Source: an uncultured Pelagibacteraceae bacterium (lineage in GTDB: Bacteria > Pseudomonadota > Alphaproteobacteria > Pelagibacterales > Pelagibacteraceae). From it: a DNA stretch of 64,000 nucleotides. Shown here piece by piece: positions 18,861-27,705 of the stretch (its first letter is position 1; each line of letters opens with the position of its first letter). The stretch covers positions 16,244 through 80,243 of the forward strand of contig CACPPH010000001.1 of assembly GCA_902635795.1 (NCBI GenBank). Direction: 5' to 3'. The position numbers were made by a program, and so were the translations under genes. Below the pieces are notes generated by a model that saw only the letters and a program-made list of their open reading frames with translations, searched no databases and was not told the DNA's origin.

Positions 18861-19560
18861 AAGTGGTTCTTCTCCAAAACATTCTTGATAATAAATAAAA
18901 CAAAACTACTCCTACAAAATAATTCCATTCTAAAGCATGTTTAAAATGTGTATTTCCTTTAGCTACCAGTATAGGTAAACTGAGTATTGCTACGGCAGCT
19001 AAGATTGAAACCAATATTAATTTTAAAAATAAAATTTTCCTATTTATAAATTTATCAATTTTTGTTTTCAATTTGTAAAAATGGAAAACCAAATAACCTT
19101 GAGCAATAATTTCAAATATAATAAATAAAACTAGCACCAATCTTCTAAATAATTTGTAAATTTGAATATCGAACTTTATTCCTAAAAAAACAGAGTGAAT
19201 AGCCAGAAATACAGCTGATAAAATACCTAATGTTTTAAAATTATAATTTATGTTTGTTTCGTAAAATTTATTTATTAATTGATTATTACTTTTCCAGTAA
19301 AAATATAGAAGCACAGAAGTTAAAATCATTGATGGTTTGAAAATTAAGTATTGAGGAAAAGTTCTCGAAGCTCGACTGATAGATAGACTTCCATCTAAAT
19401 AAGGAATTGAAAAATTAGATCGACCAATGTGGTCTACAGAAAAAATTGTATTCTCTAATAACTCATAGTTTTGAGATATTAATAAACAAAAGTTTATTGC
19501 CAATAATGGAATAAAGAATATCCATAAACTCAATTTTCTTATTTGAGTTATTTCAAGCAT
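18859..19560 (-). CDS. Hypothetical multi-pass membrane protein
   Basis: 233 aa, about six hydrophobic segments, SISRASR and HALEW motifs. Confidence 0.7.
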   Translation of the reverse strand: MLEITQIRKLSLWIFFIPLLAINFCLLISQNYELLENTIFSVDHIGRSNFSIPYLDGSLSISRASRTFPQYLIFKPSMILTSVLLYFYWKSNNQLINKFYETNINYNFKTLGILSAVFLAIHSVFLGIKFDIQIYKLFRRLVLVLFIIFEIIAQGYLVFHFYKLKTKIDKFINRKILFLKLILVSILAAVAILSLPILVAKGNTHFKHALEWNYFVGVVLFYLLSRMFWRRTT

Positions 19561-19572
19561 AAAATTTTATGA

Positions 19573-19656
19573 TTATTTCTTTTTGTTTCTTTTTCTTGCT
19601 CTTCTTTTTTTTGAGCCAATTTTTCTTCTACCACGGTGCTTTTTTGGGTAACCCAT
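19573..19656 (-). CDS. 27-aa Lys/Arg-rich peptide
   Basis: MGYPKKHRGRRKIGSKKRRARKRNKKK; AGGAGG Shine-Dalgarno (19664-19669) 7 nt before the ATG. Confidence 0.75.
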   Translation of the reverse strand: MGYPKKHRGRRKIGSKKRRARKRNKKK

Positions 19657-19722
19657 ATTTTTGCCTCCTTTTTTCTATTTTAATGTGTAAAGTTATATAT
19701 AAAGTTCAATTATACTTAATTT

Positions 19723-20919
19723 ATGAAAAAGTCTATAAGCACATTTCTTAAACATCCAACAAAAGATAGCTCAAATAGATCGGCAAATCCCCCTGTAACT
19801 CGGGCATCTACTATTTTATTTAACTCAATGCAGGAAATGTATCAACATGAGCTTAAAATTAAGAAACACAAAAAAGTATCTCATTATACTTACGGGAGAT
19901 ATGGTAGTACGACTACAATTGAACTTGAAAATATTTTAAAAGAATTAGAGCAGGCCTATCATGTTTTCCTTACTGGCACAGGATTTGGTGGTATAGCTTT
20001 GGCATTAATGTCTCTCTGCAGGCCTGGAGATGAAATTTTAGTTTCAGATAATGTTTATGGTCCAACAAAAGAAATATCGCAAGAACTTATGAAAGAATTT
20101 AAAGTCGATGCTAAATTTTATAATCCTGATTCTTTTAATGATTTAAAAAGAAAAATATCAAATAAAACGAAAATGATTTTAGTTGAAAATCCAGGGAGTA
20201 ATACTTTTGAATTTCAAGACTTATCTAAAATTGTCAAGGTAGCTAAAAGAAAAAAAATTTTCACCTTACTTGATAATACTTGGGGAACACCACTGTACCT
20301 TAAACCATTGAAGTTAGGATTTGATATGTCTTTTTGCTCTGCCACAAAATATTTTTCTGGTCACTCCGATGCTATGGGCGGCTCTTTAGCTGTAAGCCAA
20401 AAAGTTTTTAAAAAAATAATGTTCTTTTACAAATTATCAGGATATCGAATGTCAGCTGACGAAGCTTACTTAATAATAAGAGGTTTAAGAACTTTAGATA
20501 CCAGATTAAGACAACATTATGAAAATACAAAAACCGTAATTAAATTTTTAAAAAAACAAAAAAAAATTAAAGAAATCCTATACCCACACAATCCCCTAAG
20601 TAAGAATTATAAGCTTTGGAAAAAGTATTATTCGGGAGCGACAGGGCTGTTTTCTATTGTAGTCAAAAGTAGAAAAAAATCTTCGGTAATTGCCTTTGTT
20701 AATTCTCTTAAATTATTTGGAATTGGTTATAGCTGGGGTGGTTTTGAAAGTCTTGCTATTCTTCAAGAGATAAAAAATTCAAAAAAAGATGAATATTTAA
20801 AAGGACGACAATTTTATCGATTTAAAAAAGATGAGTATATTGTAAGACTTCACATTGGTTTAGAAGATACAAAAGATTTGATTAATGATTTAAAACAAGG
20901 ATTAAAGAAAATTAGATGA
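19723..20919 (+). CDS. metC: Cystathionine beta-lyase (PLP trans-sulfuration family)
   Basis: NPPVTRAST, YGRYG, ENPGSNTFE, DNTW, SATKY, GYSWGGFESL, RLHIGLED. Confidence 0.9.
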   Translation: MKKSISTFLKHPTKDSSNRSANPPVTRASTILFNSMQEMYQHELKIKKHKKVSHYTYGRYGSTTTIELENILKELEQAYHVFLTGTGFGGIALALMSLCRPGDEILVSDNVYGPTKEISQELMKEFKVDAKFYNPDSFNDLKRKISNKTKMILVENPGSNTFEFQDLSKIVKVAKRKKIFTLLDNTWGTPLYLKPLKLGFDMSFCSATKYFSGHSDAMGGSLAVSQKVFKKIMFFYKLSGYRMSADEAYLIIRGLRTLDTRLRQHYENTKTVIKFLKKQKKIKEILYPHNPLSKNYKLWKKYYSGATGLFSIVVKSRKKSSVIAFVNSLKLFGIGYSWGGFESLAILQEIKNSKKDEYLKGRQFYRFKKDEYIVRLHIGLEDTKDLINDLKQGLKKIR

Positions 20920-22142
20920 TAAAAAATTTTTTTCCAAATAAAATTGCTTTGTATGCCTTAGTAGCTGCATGCTTTGTTGTTTGCACTACAATGGGAGTAA
21001 GACAAACATTTGGACTTTACTCAAGCGAATTCGAGTCATCAGCTGGAACATCAAATACTGAATTTGGATTAGCGATCGCCGTTCACGCAATATTTTGGGG
21101 AATTTTTACTCCAGTTTTTGGCAGGATTTCAGATAGATTAGGCGGATATGTAGTAATAGTTCCAGCTTTAATTTTTTACTCAATCGCGATGCTGCTTATG
21201 GGCAATAATTATGTTTCAGGCATGTGGCTACAAATCAATCTTGGTTTATTTGTTGGTTTAGGTTTAGCTGGAGCAGCTGGAACCATCCTAACTCCAATGA
21301 TCTCAAAACATTTTCCAAATGAAAATAGAAGTAAAGCCGCGGGTCTTGTTACTGCATGCGGAGGATTAGGTATGTTTATTTTTCCAATATTATCTACTTT
21401 GTTTAAAAATATTTCTACATGGCAGATGTCTTTTATTATATTTTCTATAATTTTATTTTTGATGTGTATACCTGGTTTTTTTGTAAAATTACCTCAAAAT
21501 AAAACTACAGCTATTAATTCTAACATAGACAGTCGAAGCTTAAGTGAAGTCTTAAAAGAGTCATTTGCACATAAAGGTTTTAGATTATTAATCCTTGGAT
21601 TTTTTGTGTGCGGATTTCAAATTACTTTAATAGCAACTCATGTCCCGAGATATGTTCAAGATAAAGGTTTAGCAGACTGGACAGGAATGGCGATTTTAGC
21701 TTTGATAGGTTTTTTTAACATTATAGGAACACTTGTTATGGGCTATTTAGGTGATAAATACAGTAAAAAAATACTCTTGAGCGGATTATATTTCTTAAGA
21801 GGAATAGCTTTAATATTATTTATTTTCTTACCAGCATCAAATTTATCTGCAGTTTTATTTGGAACTTCTTTTGGGTTATTATGGCTTGCAACTGTTCCCG
21901 CAACAAATGGAATAGTTGCTCAAATTTTTGGAACAAAAAATTTAACACTCCTCTTCGGTATAGTGTTTTTGAACCATCAAGTTGGATCATTTCTTGGTGC
22001 ATATTTAGGTGGGTATTTTTATGATCAGTTCGGAAGTTTTGATTATGCTTGGTATTTAGCAATTGTGCTATCTTTTATAGCTTCAGCTTTGCACTTACCA
22101 ATCGATGAAAGACCGATAGCTGCTGTGGATAAAACTATCTAA
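20916..22142 (+). CDS. MFS transporter
   Basis: About 12 TM; RQTFGL, GFFVCGF, HQVGSFLG, LHLPIDE. Confidence 0.9.
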   Translation: MIKNFFPNKIALYALVAACFVVCTTMGVRQTFGLYSSEFESSAGTSNTEFGLAIAVHAIFWGIFTPVFGRISDRLGGYVVIVPALIFYSIAMLLMGNNYVSGMWLQINLGLFVGLGLAGAAGTILTPMISKHFPNENRSKAAGLVTACGGLGMFIFPILSTLFKNISTWQMSFIIFSIILFLMCIPGFFVKLPQNKTTAINSNIDSRSLSEVLKESFAHKGFRLLILGFFVCGFQITLIATHVPRYVQDKGLADWTGMAILALIGFFNIIGTLVMGYLGDKYSKKILLSGLYFLRGIALILFIFLPASNLSAVLFGTSFGLLWLATVPATNGIVAQIFGTKNLTLLFGIVFLNHQVGSFLGAYLGGYFYDQFGSFDYAWYLAIVLSFIASALHLPIDERPIAAVDKTI

Positions 22143-22224
22143 GGTTGTATTCTGAGTCCCTAAGTGAATCAAAAGTGAATCAAAACGTGAACATTTAAAC
22201 TACTCAACTAAAAAGTGTGGATAA
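22124..22224. promoter_or_regulatory. Two DnaA-box matches flanking an 11-bp tandem repeat and three GANTC sites
   Basis: TGTGGATAA at 22124-32 and 22216-24; GTGAATCAAAA x2 at 22164-22185; GAGTC at 22154, GAATC at 22166 and 22177. Confidence 0.45.
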
Positions 22225-22283
22225 TTTTTTACTTAAATAATTTATAATTTGAGAGTAGTCTTTAAATCAACAAAAGGAGCAAA

Positions 22284-22955
22284 ATGTTTTCAAAAGAATT
22301 AGGGGCAAAATTAGATAAGTTTCATTTATTAAAACATCCATTTTATCAAATTTATTGGAACGAGGGAAAATTAAACAGAGAGATTATTAAAGATTACGCT
22401 GAACAATATTATCAACATGTTAAAGCGTTCCCAAGATACATTAGTGCTACACACTCTATTTGTGAAGATATCGAAAAAAGAAGAATACTTTTAGAAAATT
22501 TACAAGATGAGGAAAACAAAGACGGGGATCACCCAAAACTTTGGAAAAACTTTGCTAAAGCTTTAGGGGCTGATGAAAAAGAAATTGAAAGAGTAAAACT
22601 TGATTGGTTTACAAAAGATATGATTGATAATTTCTTTTCTCAAGCAAGAAAATCATACGCAGAAGGTCTTGCTTCTTTATACACTTATGAGAGACAAATA
22701 CCTGAAATTGCTGAAACAAAAATACAAGGATTAAAAAAATTCTATGGGGTTAGCTCTAAAGAAGGGCTTGAATTCTTTGAAGCCCATAAATCAGCAGATG
22801 TAATTCATCGAGCAGAATGTGAAAAATTATTAGATGGATTATCAAAGGAGGAGCAGGAGAAAGCTGAAACCGCATCTTTATTGACAGCAAGATATCTTTG
22901 GAACTTCTTAAGTGGAATGACCTCTAAGCATAAACTGCAAACGATTGCAGCTTAG
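22284..22955 (+). CDS. CADD/CT610-family heme-oxygenase-like dimetal oxidase (putative pABA synthase)
   Basis: HLLKHPFY, YYQHVKAFPRYIS, NLQDEE....HPKLW, LYTYERQIP.IAETK, H..AD..H, colinear with chlamydial CADD. Confidence 0.85.
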   Translation: MFSKELGAKLDKFHLLKHPFYQIYWNEGKLNREIIKDYAEQYYQHVKAFPRYISATHSICEDIEKRRILLENLQDEENKDGDHPKLWKNFAKALGADEKEIERVKLDWFTKDMIDNFFSQARKSYAEGLASLYTYERQIPEIAETKIQGLKKFYGVSSKEGLEFFEAHKSADVIHRAECEKLLDGLSKEEQEKAETASLLTARYLWNFLSGMTSKHKLQTIAA

Positions 22956-22978
22956 AGCTCAAATAGCTTAATAATTTA

Positions 22979-23359
22979 ATGAAAAACGATAATCACGTTT
23001 GGGATAACAAACATCCTACCGCTCAAATGTTAGGTAGATGGCAACCTTGGCACGCAGGACACCAAAAGCTTTTTGAAGAAATTATAAAAAAAACTGGCCA
23101 AGTAAATATTATGGTTAGGGATGTTCAAGGTGTCGAAGACAACCCATTTGATTTTGAAACAGTAAAATCAAACATAATTGAAGCTTTAAAGGACTACAAG
23201 AACCGAATAAAAGTCACTCTAGTACCAAATATTACAAATATTTGTTATGGGAGGGGTGTAGGCTATAAGATTGAAGAAATTGTTTTAGACGAAAAAACTC
23301 AACAAATATCAGCAACCAAAATTAGAGAACAGTTGAGAAAAGAAGGAAAAATCAAATAG
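22979..23359 (+). CDS. Stand-alone cytidylyltransferase-like (HxGH nucleotidyltransferase) protein
   Basis: GRWQPWHAGH and ISATKIR. Confidence 0.75.
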   Translation: MKNDNHVWDNKHPTAQMLGRWQPWHAGHQKLFEEIIKKTGQVNIMVRDVQGVEDNPFDFETVKSNIIEALKDYKNRIKVTLVPNITNICYGRGVGYKIEEIVLDEKTQQISATKIREQLRKEGKIK

Positions 23360-23410
23360 CGTCTTTCTAGTTTGACAAACATCTTCAAGGGGAATACCTA
23401 TGTTTCAGGT

Positions 23411-24499
23411 ATGGAAATTTTTCTTCCAATTGTTCAAGTTAAAATAGATATTATCTTTATATTATTTTTAAGTTTCGGTGTGGGTGTTTTATCTGGCCTA
23501 TTCGGAGTTGGAGGGGGATTTTTAATGACACCTTTTTTAATTTTTTTAGGCATCCCACCTGTTTATGCTGTACCTAATGAGATTACAAATATTTTATCAA
23601 CCTCTGTATCAGGTTCATTAACGCATTGGTTCAAAAATACTTTAGATTACAAAATGGGTTCAATGATTATTATTGGTGGGGTTGCAGGTACCATATTGGG
23701 GATGACAGCTTTTAATTTTTTTAACGAGATTGGGAAATTAAGTTTAATAATTTCTTTATCTTACATGTACCTCTTAGCAATTATTGGAACATTAATGTTA
23801 ATTCAAGGTGTTGCAGAGATAGATAGAGAGAGAAAAAAAATAAATTTAAAACAAAAACTTCACAGTCACTATTGGATACATGGATTACCCTTTAAAGTTC
23901 GTTTTCCAAAATCTAGATTGTACGAGAGTGTGTTTACTCCAATTATTCTTGGTATTTTTACAGGTTTTGTAGCTGCTCTCATTGGAGTTGGTGGTGCTTT
24001 TTTAATGGTTCCAGCAATGATCTATTTGATTGGTATGCCAGTGAAATTAATTCCAGGCACCTCTTTATTTGTGACGGTATTTATTAGTGCAATAGTCACT
24101 GTGCTTCATGCATTTAATTATAGTTCTATCGATTTAGTTTTAGCTATAAACCTAATTATTGGCTCAATAATTGGAGTACAAGTTGGACAAAAAGTCGGCC
24201 AGTACTTAGATAGTTCGCATTTAAAAACTTTATTCGCTATGCTTTTGTGTTGTGTGGCTATAGCTATTGCTTACGATACTTTTTTCTTTGAGGGTATGAA
24301 ATCATCAAATGTTCAAGAAACTATTGACATAAATAATTTAAATAGTTTTTCTAAATATATAATTAAACTATCTGAAAAAAGTCCGCTTTTATATGGATCT
24401 TTTGCTATAATTTTAGCTATCGTTTTGGGAGTGATTAGCGCTGGCCTAAGACAATTATTGAGCAAATATAGAAATAAAATCTTAATTAAAAAAATTTAG
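23411..24499 (+). CDS. TauE/SafE (TSUP) family exporter
   Basis: SGLFGVGGGFLMTP and a repeat GVGGAFLMVPAM. Start placed at ATG 23411. Confidence 0.9.
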   Translation: MEIFLPIVQVKIDIIFILFLSFGVGVLSGLFGVGGGFLMTPFLIFLGIPPVYAVPNEITNILSTSVSGSLTHWFKNTLDYKMGSMIIIGGVAGTILGMTAFNFFNEIGKLSLIISLSYMYLLAIIGTLMLIQGVAEIDRERKKINLKQKLHSHYWIHGLPFKVRFPKSRLYESVFTPIILGIFTGFVAALIGVGGAFLMVPAMIYLIGMPVKLIPGTSLFVTVFISAIVTVLHAFNYSSIDLVLAINLIIGSIIGVQVGQKVGQYLDSSHLKTLFAMLLCCVAIAIAYDTFFFEGMKSSNVQETIDINNLNSFSKYIIKLSEKSPLLYGSFAIILAIVLGVISAGLRQLLSKYRNKILIKKI

Positions 24500-25251
24500 A
24501 TTACAGATTTTATTAATCCAAAAAAAGAAATAACAATTAAAAAATATAGAACATATTTCTTATAACTTTCTTTAGTACTACCTTTAAAAAGCCTTGTACC
24601 CATAAAAACACCAATTGGAATTATTAAAATCATAGGTAGAGTCCTTAATAAAAATGACAAATCTAGAAGACCGCTAAAGTAAGTTAAAATTAACGCATAT
24701 GAGTCAGTAAAAAAAAATAAAGCAGCAATTGATGCCCTGATAACTGCAGGTTCTACTGCGATCACTAAAAAATATAAAGCAATTGGCAAACCAGCTAAAG
24801 TTCCAAAACCATTTGCTGTACCTGCGACTGTTCCTACAAAAAATTTAGTTAAGTTCTGATTTAGTTTTTTATTTTTATATCCTTTGAGCAGTAATACAGC
24901 AAAAAAAATTACTGTTATAGAAATAATCATGTGCATTAATTTAGGCTCTAAGATAGAAAGTAATTTTACACCTATTGGAGTTCCTAAAGCTACTCCAAAA
25001 AGTAAATATACAACAAATTTCCAATTAATTTTACCCCATATGCTTGGAATCATAAAAAAACTTGCTATTACCTCTAACAAAAGAATAATAGGAACAATTT
25101 CTACTGGAGGAAGAATAAAAGATAACAAAGAAACACTTGATGCAGAAAATCCAAACCCACTAAAACCTCTGACGAATGAAGCGAGTAGTATTACTGCACA
25201 AAAAAATGTGAAGTTTCCTATTGTTAAATTAATAGTTTCTAAAAATTCCAT
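24496..25251 (-). CDS. TauE/SafE (TSUP) family exporter
   Basis: VRGFSGFGF, GTPIG, about 8 TM. Confidence 0.85.
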   Translation of the reverse strand: MEFLETINLTIGNFTFFCAVILLASFVRGFSGFGFSASSVSLLSFILPPVEIVPIILLLEVIASFFMIPSIWGKINWKFVVYLLFGVALGTPIGVKLLSILEPKLMHMIISITVIFFAVLLLKGYKNKKLNQNLTKFFVGTVAGTANGFGTLAGLPIALYFLVIAVEPAVIRASIAALFFFTDSYALILTYFSGLLDLSFLLRTLPMILIIPIGVFMGTRLFKGSTKESYKKYVLYFLIVISFFGLIKSVI

Positions 25252-25336
25252 AAATAATTATAGTATTCTGATTATACTTTACATAAAACTACTTAAAATG
25301 ATATGAAGCTTAAATTATATAACTAATTGATAAATT

Positions 25337-25717
25337 ATGCACAAGAGATCATCAAATAGAAGTTTTGGATTACTATTTTTTATCGTTTTTTTGGTCATTG
25401 CATTTTGGCCATTAACAAAAAAAGGTGAGGTTAATCTATATTTAATTTCCATTGCTTTAATTTTCTTAGTATTAGGACTGCTAAACTCCAAAATATTATC
25501 ACCCTTTAATAAAGCATGGATAAAGCTTGGTGAAATATTAGGAAGAATTGTTGCACCCGTAGTGATGGCAATAGTTTATTTTATAATATTAACGCCAATA
25601 AGTTTGCTTGTGAGATTATTTGGTAAAGATTTAATAGGAATGAAATTTAGTAATGATATAAAGAGTTATTGGATTAAAAGAAAAAAAAATTTAGGATCTA
25701 TGGATAAACAATTTTAA
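25337..25717 (+). CDS. SxtJ-family membrane protein
   Basis: SNRSFG, P.NKAW.KLG..LG.IV.P, TPI.L..R..GKD, SYWI, M.KQF. Confidence 0.85.
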   Translation: MHKRSSNRSFGLLFFIVFLVIAFWPLTKKGEVNLYLISIALIFLVLGLLNSKILSPFNKAWIKLGEILGRIVAPVVMAIVYFIILTPISLLVRLFGKDLIGMKFSNDIKSYWIKRKKNLGSMDKQF

Positions 25718-25869
25718 TGATTGATTTTTTAAAAGAATTCTGGGAATTTTTAAATGAAAGAAAAAAATATTGGTTACTACCAATTATAATTGTTCTAGCA
25801 TTATTTGGCGTTTTAATTGTATTAAGCCAAGGATCAGCAGTAGCTCCATTTATTTACACAATATTTTAA
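25717..25869 (+). CDS. SxtK-like (DUF5989) small membrane protein (50 aa)
   Basis: Not in the ORF track: MIDFLKEFWEFLNERKKYWLLPIIIVLALFGVLIVLSQGSAVAPFIYTIF. TAATG overlap with the sxtJ-like gene. Confidence 0.9.
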   Translation: MIDFLKEFWEFLNERKKYWLLPIIIVLALFGVLIVLSQGSAVAPFIYTIF

Positions 25870-27705
25870 GTGACATCTATTTTAGGAATATCAGCGTTTT
25901 ATCATGATAGTGCAGCAGCTATGATTAAAGATGGAGAAATAATAGCTGCAGCTCAAGAAGAGAGATTCTCAAGAAAAAAGCACGATGCAAGATACCCTAT
26001 GAATGCAGTTAATTACGTATTGTCAGAGTGCAAGCTAAAACTTAGTGAAATTGATCATATAGTTTTTTTTGAAAAACCATTTTTGAAATTTGAAAGATTG
26101 CTGGAAACCTATATGGCATTTGCACCTAAGGGATTTAAGTCTTTCAGTTTATCTATGCCTTTATGGTTAAGAGAAAAATTATTTCAAAAGAAATTTTTAT
26201 TTGAAAATTTGAAACAACACGATGAGAATTTCAACGATATTACAAAAATTAAATTTTCAGAACACCATTATAGTCATGCAGCCAGTGCATTTTACCCATC
26301 ACCATTTAAAGAGGCCGTTGTATTAACATTAGATGGCGTTGGTGAATGGGCAACTACAACTGTAGCTATAGGTAAAAATAATAAATTAGAAATGATAAAG
26401 GAAATTCATTTTCCTCATTCATTAGGACTGCTTTATTCTGCTTTCACTTATTATACAGGGTTTAAAGTTAATAGTGGTGAATATAAAGTGATGGGATTAG
26501 CACCATACGGAAAGCCAAAATATAAAGATTTAATAATTAAAGAATTAATGGATCTCAAAGAAGATGGTTCCTTTAAATTAAATATGAAATATTTCAATTA
26601 TGCTACAGGGTTAACAATGACAAACAAAAAATTTTCTAACCTCTTCGGACAACCTGTCAGAGATCCAAAAAAAGATTTACTAAATAATTTTCACATGGAT
26701 ATTGCATCATCAATACAAGCAGTTACAGAGGAAATTGTGATGAGACTTACAAAAAGTATAGCTAATGAATATAAGATTAAAAATTTATGTTTGGCAGGAG
26801 GAGTTGCTTTAAATTGTGTAGCAAATGGAAAAATATTAAGAGAAAAAATATTTGATAATATTTGGATCCAGCCGGCTGCAGGAGACGCTGGTGGGTCACT
26901 CGGAGCTGCTCTAGCATACTGGTATCACGAATTAAGTAAACCAAGAGAAATTTTTAAAGATCAAATGAAAGGGGCATATTTGGGCCCTAAGTTTTCTGAA
27001 AAAGACATAGAGAATAAGCTGAATAAATTAAAAGGAAAATTTAATAAAAAAACTTCAGATGAGATTTCATTAATAGTTGCAAAAGAATTATCAAATAACA
27101 AAACAGTCGGTTGGTTTCAAGGAAGAATGGAATTTGGGCCTAGGGCTTTAGGAGGAAGATCAATTTTAGCTGACCCTAGATCGGAGAAAATGCAAAAAGA
27201 GCTAAATTTAAAAATAAAATTCAGGGAAAGTTTTAGACCATTTGCGCCCTCAGTTTTAAGAGAGGATTTAAATAACTGGTTCGAATTAAATTATGATAGC
27301 CCTTATATGCTTTTAGTTTCAGATGTAAAAAAAGATAAACAAATTACTATGTCTGAAAAAGATGAAAAGTTGTTTGGGATTGAAAAACTTAATATTAAAA
27401 GATCTAGTGTACCTGCTATTACTCATGTCGATTATTCTGCAAGAATACAAACAGTACACAAAGAAACAAATCCTAAATATTACAACTTACTAACTCAATT
27501 TAAAAAAATTACTAACTGTCCAGTATTAGTCAATACCTCGTTTAATGTCCGAGGAGAGCCAATTGTATGTACTATAGAAGATGCATTTAATTGTTTTATG
27601 GGAACAAACTTAGATATTTTAGTTATTGAAGATTTTATTTTATACAAAAATGATCAAGATAGTTCTTTGTTAAAAGATTACAAAAATAAATTTGAATTAG
27701 ATTAA
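25870..27705 (+). CDS. O-carbamoyltransferase (NodU/CmcH/SxtI family)
   Basis: ILGISAFYHDSAA, EHHYSHAASAF, DGVGE, EYKVMGLAPYG, AGGVALNC, EFGPRALG.RS, RESFRPFAP, NTSFN. Confidence 0.95.
   Translation: MTSILGISAFYHDSAAAMIKDGEIIAAAQEERFSRKKHDARYPMNAVNYVLSECKLKLSEIDHIVFFEKPFLKFERLLETYMAFAPKGFKSFSLSMPLWLREKLFQKKFLFENLKQHDENFNDITKIKFSEHHYSHAASAFYPSPFKEAVVLTLDGVGEWATTTVAIGKNNKLEMIKEIHFPHSLGLLYSAFTYYTGFKVNSGEYKVMGLAPYGKPKYKDLIIKELMDLKEDGSFKLNMKYFNYATGLTMTNKKFSNLFGQPVRDPKKDLLNNFHMDIASSIQAVTEEIVMRLTKSIANEYKIKNLCLAGGVALNCVANGKILREKIFDNIWIQPAAGDAGGSLGAALAYWYHELSKPREIFKDQMKGAYLGPKFSEKDIENKLNKLKGKFNKKTSDEISLIVAKELSNNKTVGWFQGRMEFGPRALGGRSILADPRSEKMQKELNLKIKFRESFRPFAPSVLREDLNNWFELNYDSPYMLLVSDVKKDKQITMSEKDEKLFGIEKLNIKRSSVPAITHVDYSARIQTVHKETNPKYYNLLTQFKKITNCPVLVNTSFNVRGEPIVCTIEDAFNCFMGTNLDILVIEDFILYKNDQDSSLLKDYKNKFELD

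Noticed and set aside
19569-19751. 60-aa Phe-rich + strand ORF from the track
   Set aside because: Antisense shadow of the Lys/Arg-rich peptide, which has the RBS.
22124-22283. Replication origin
   Set aside because: Only two DnaA boxes, one inside a CDS; short spacer; no usual oriC-flanking genes. Kept only as a regulatory curiosity.
22284-22955. pqqC / PQQ biosynthesis
   Set aside because: No pqqA/B/D/E nearby, and the sequence is colinear with CADD.
25337-27705. Saxitoxin biosynthesis cluster
   Set aside because: Only sxtI/J/K-like families are present; no sxtA, sxtG or other core genes, and these families are widespread.
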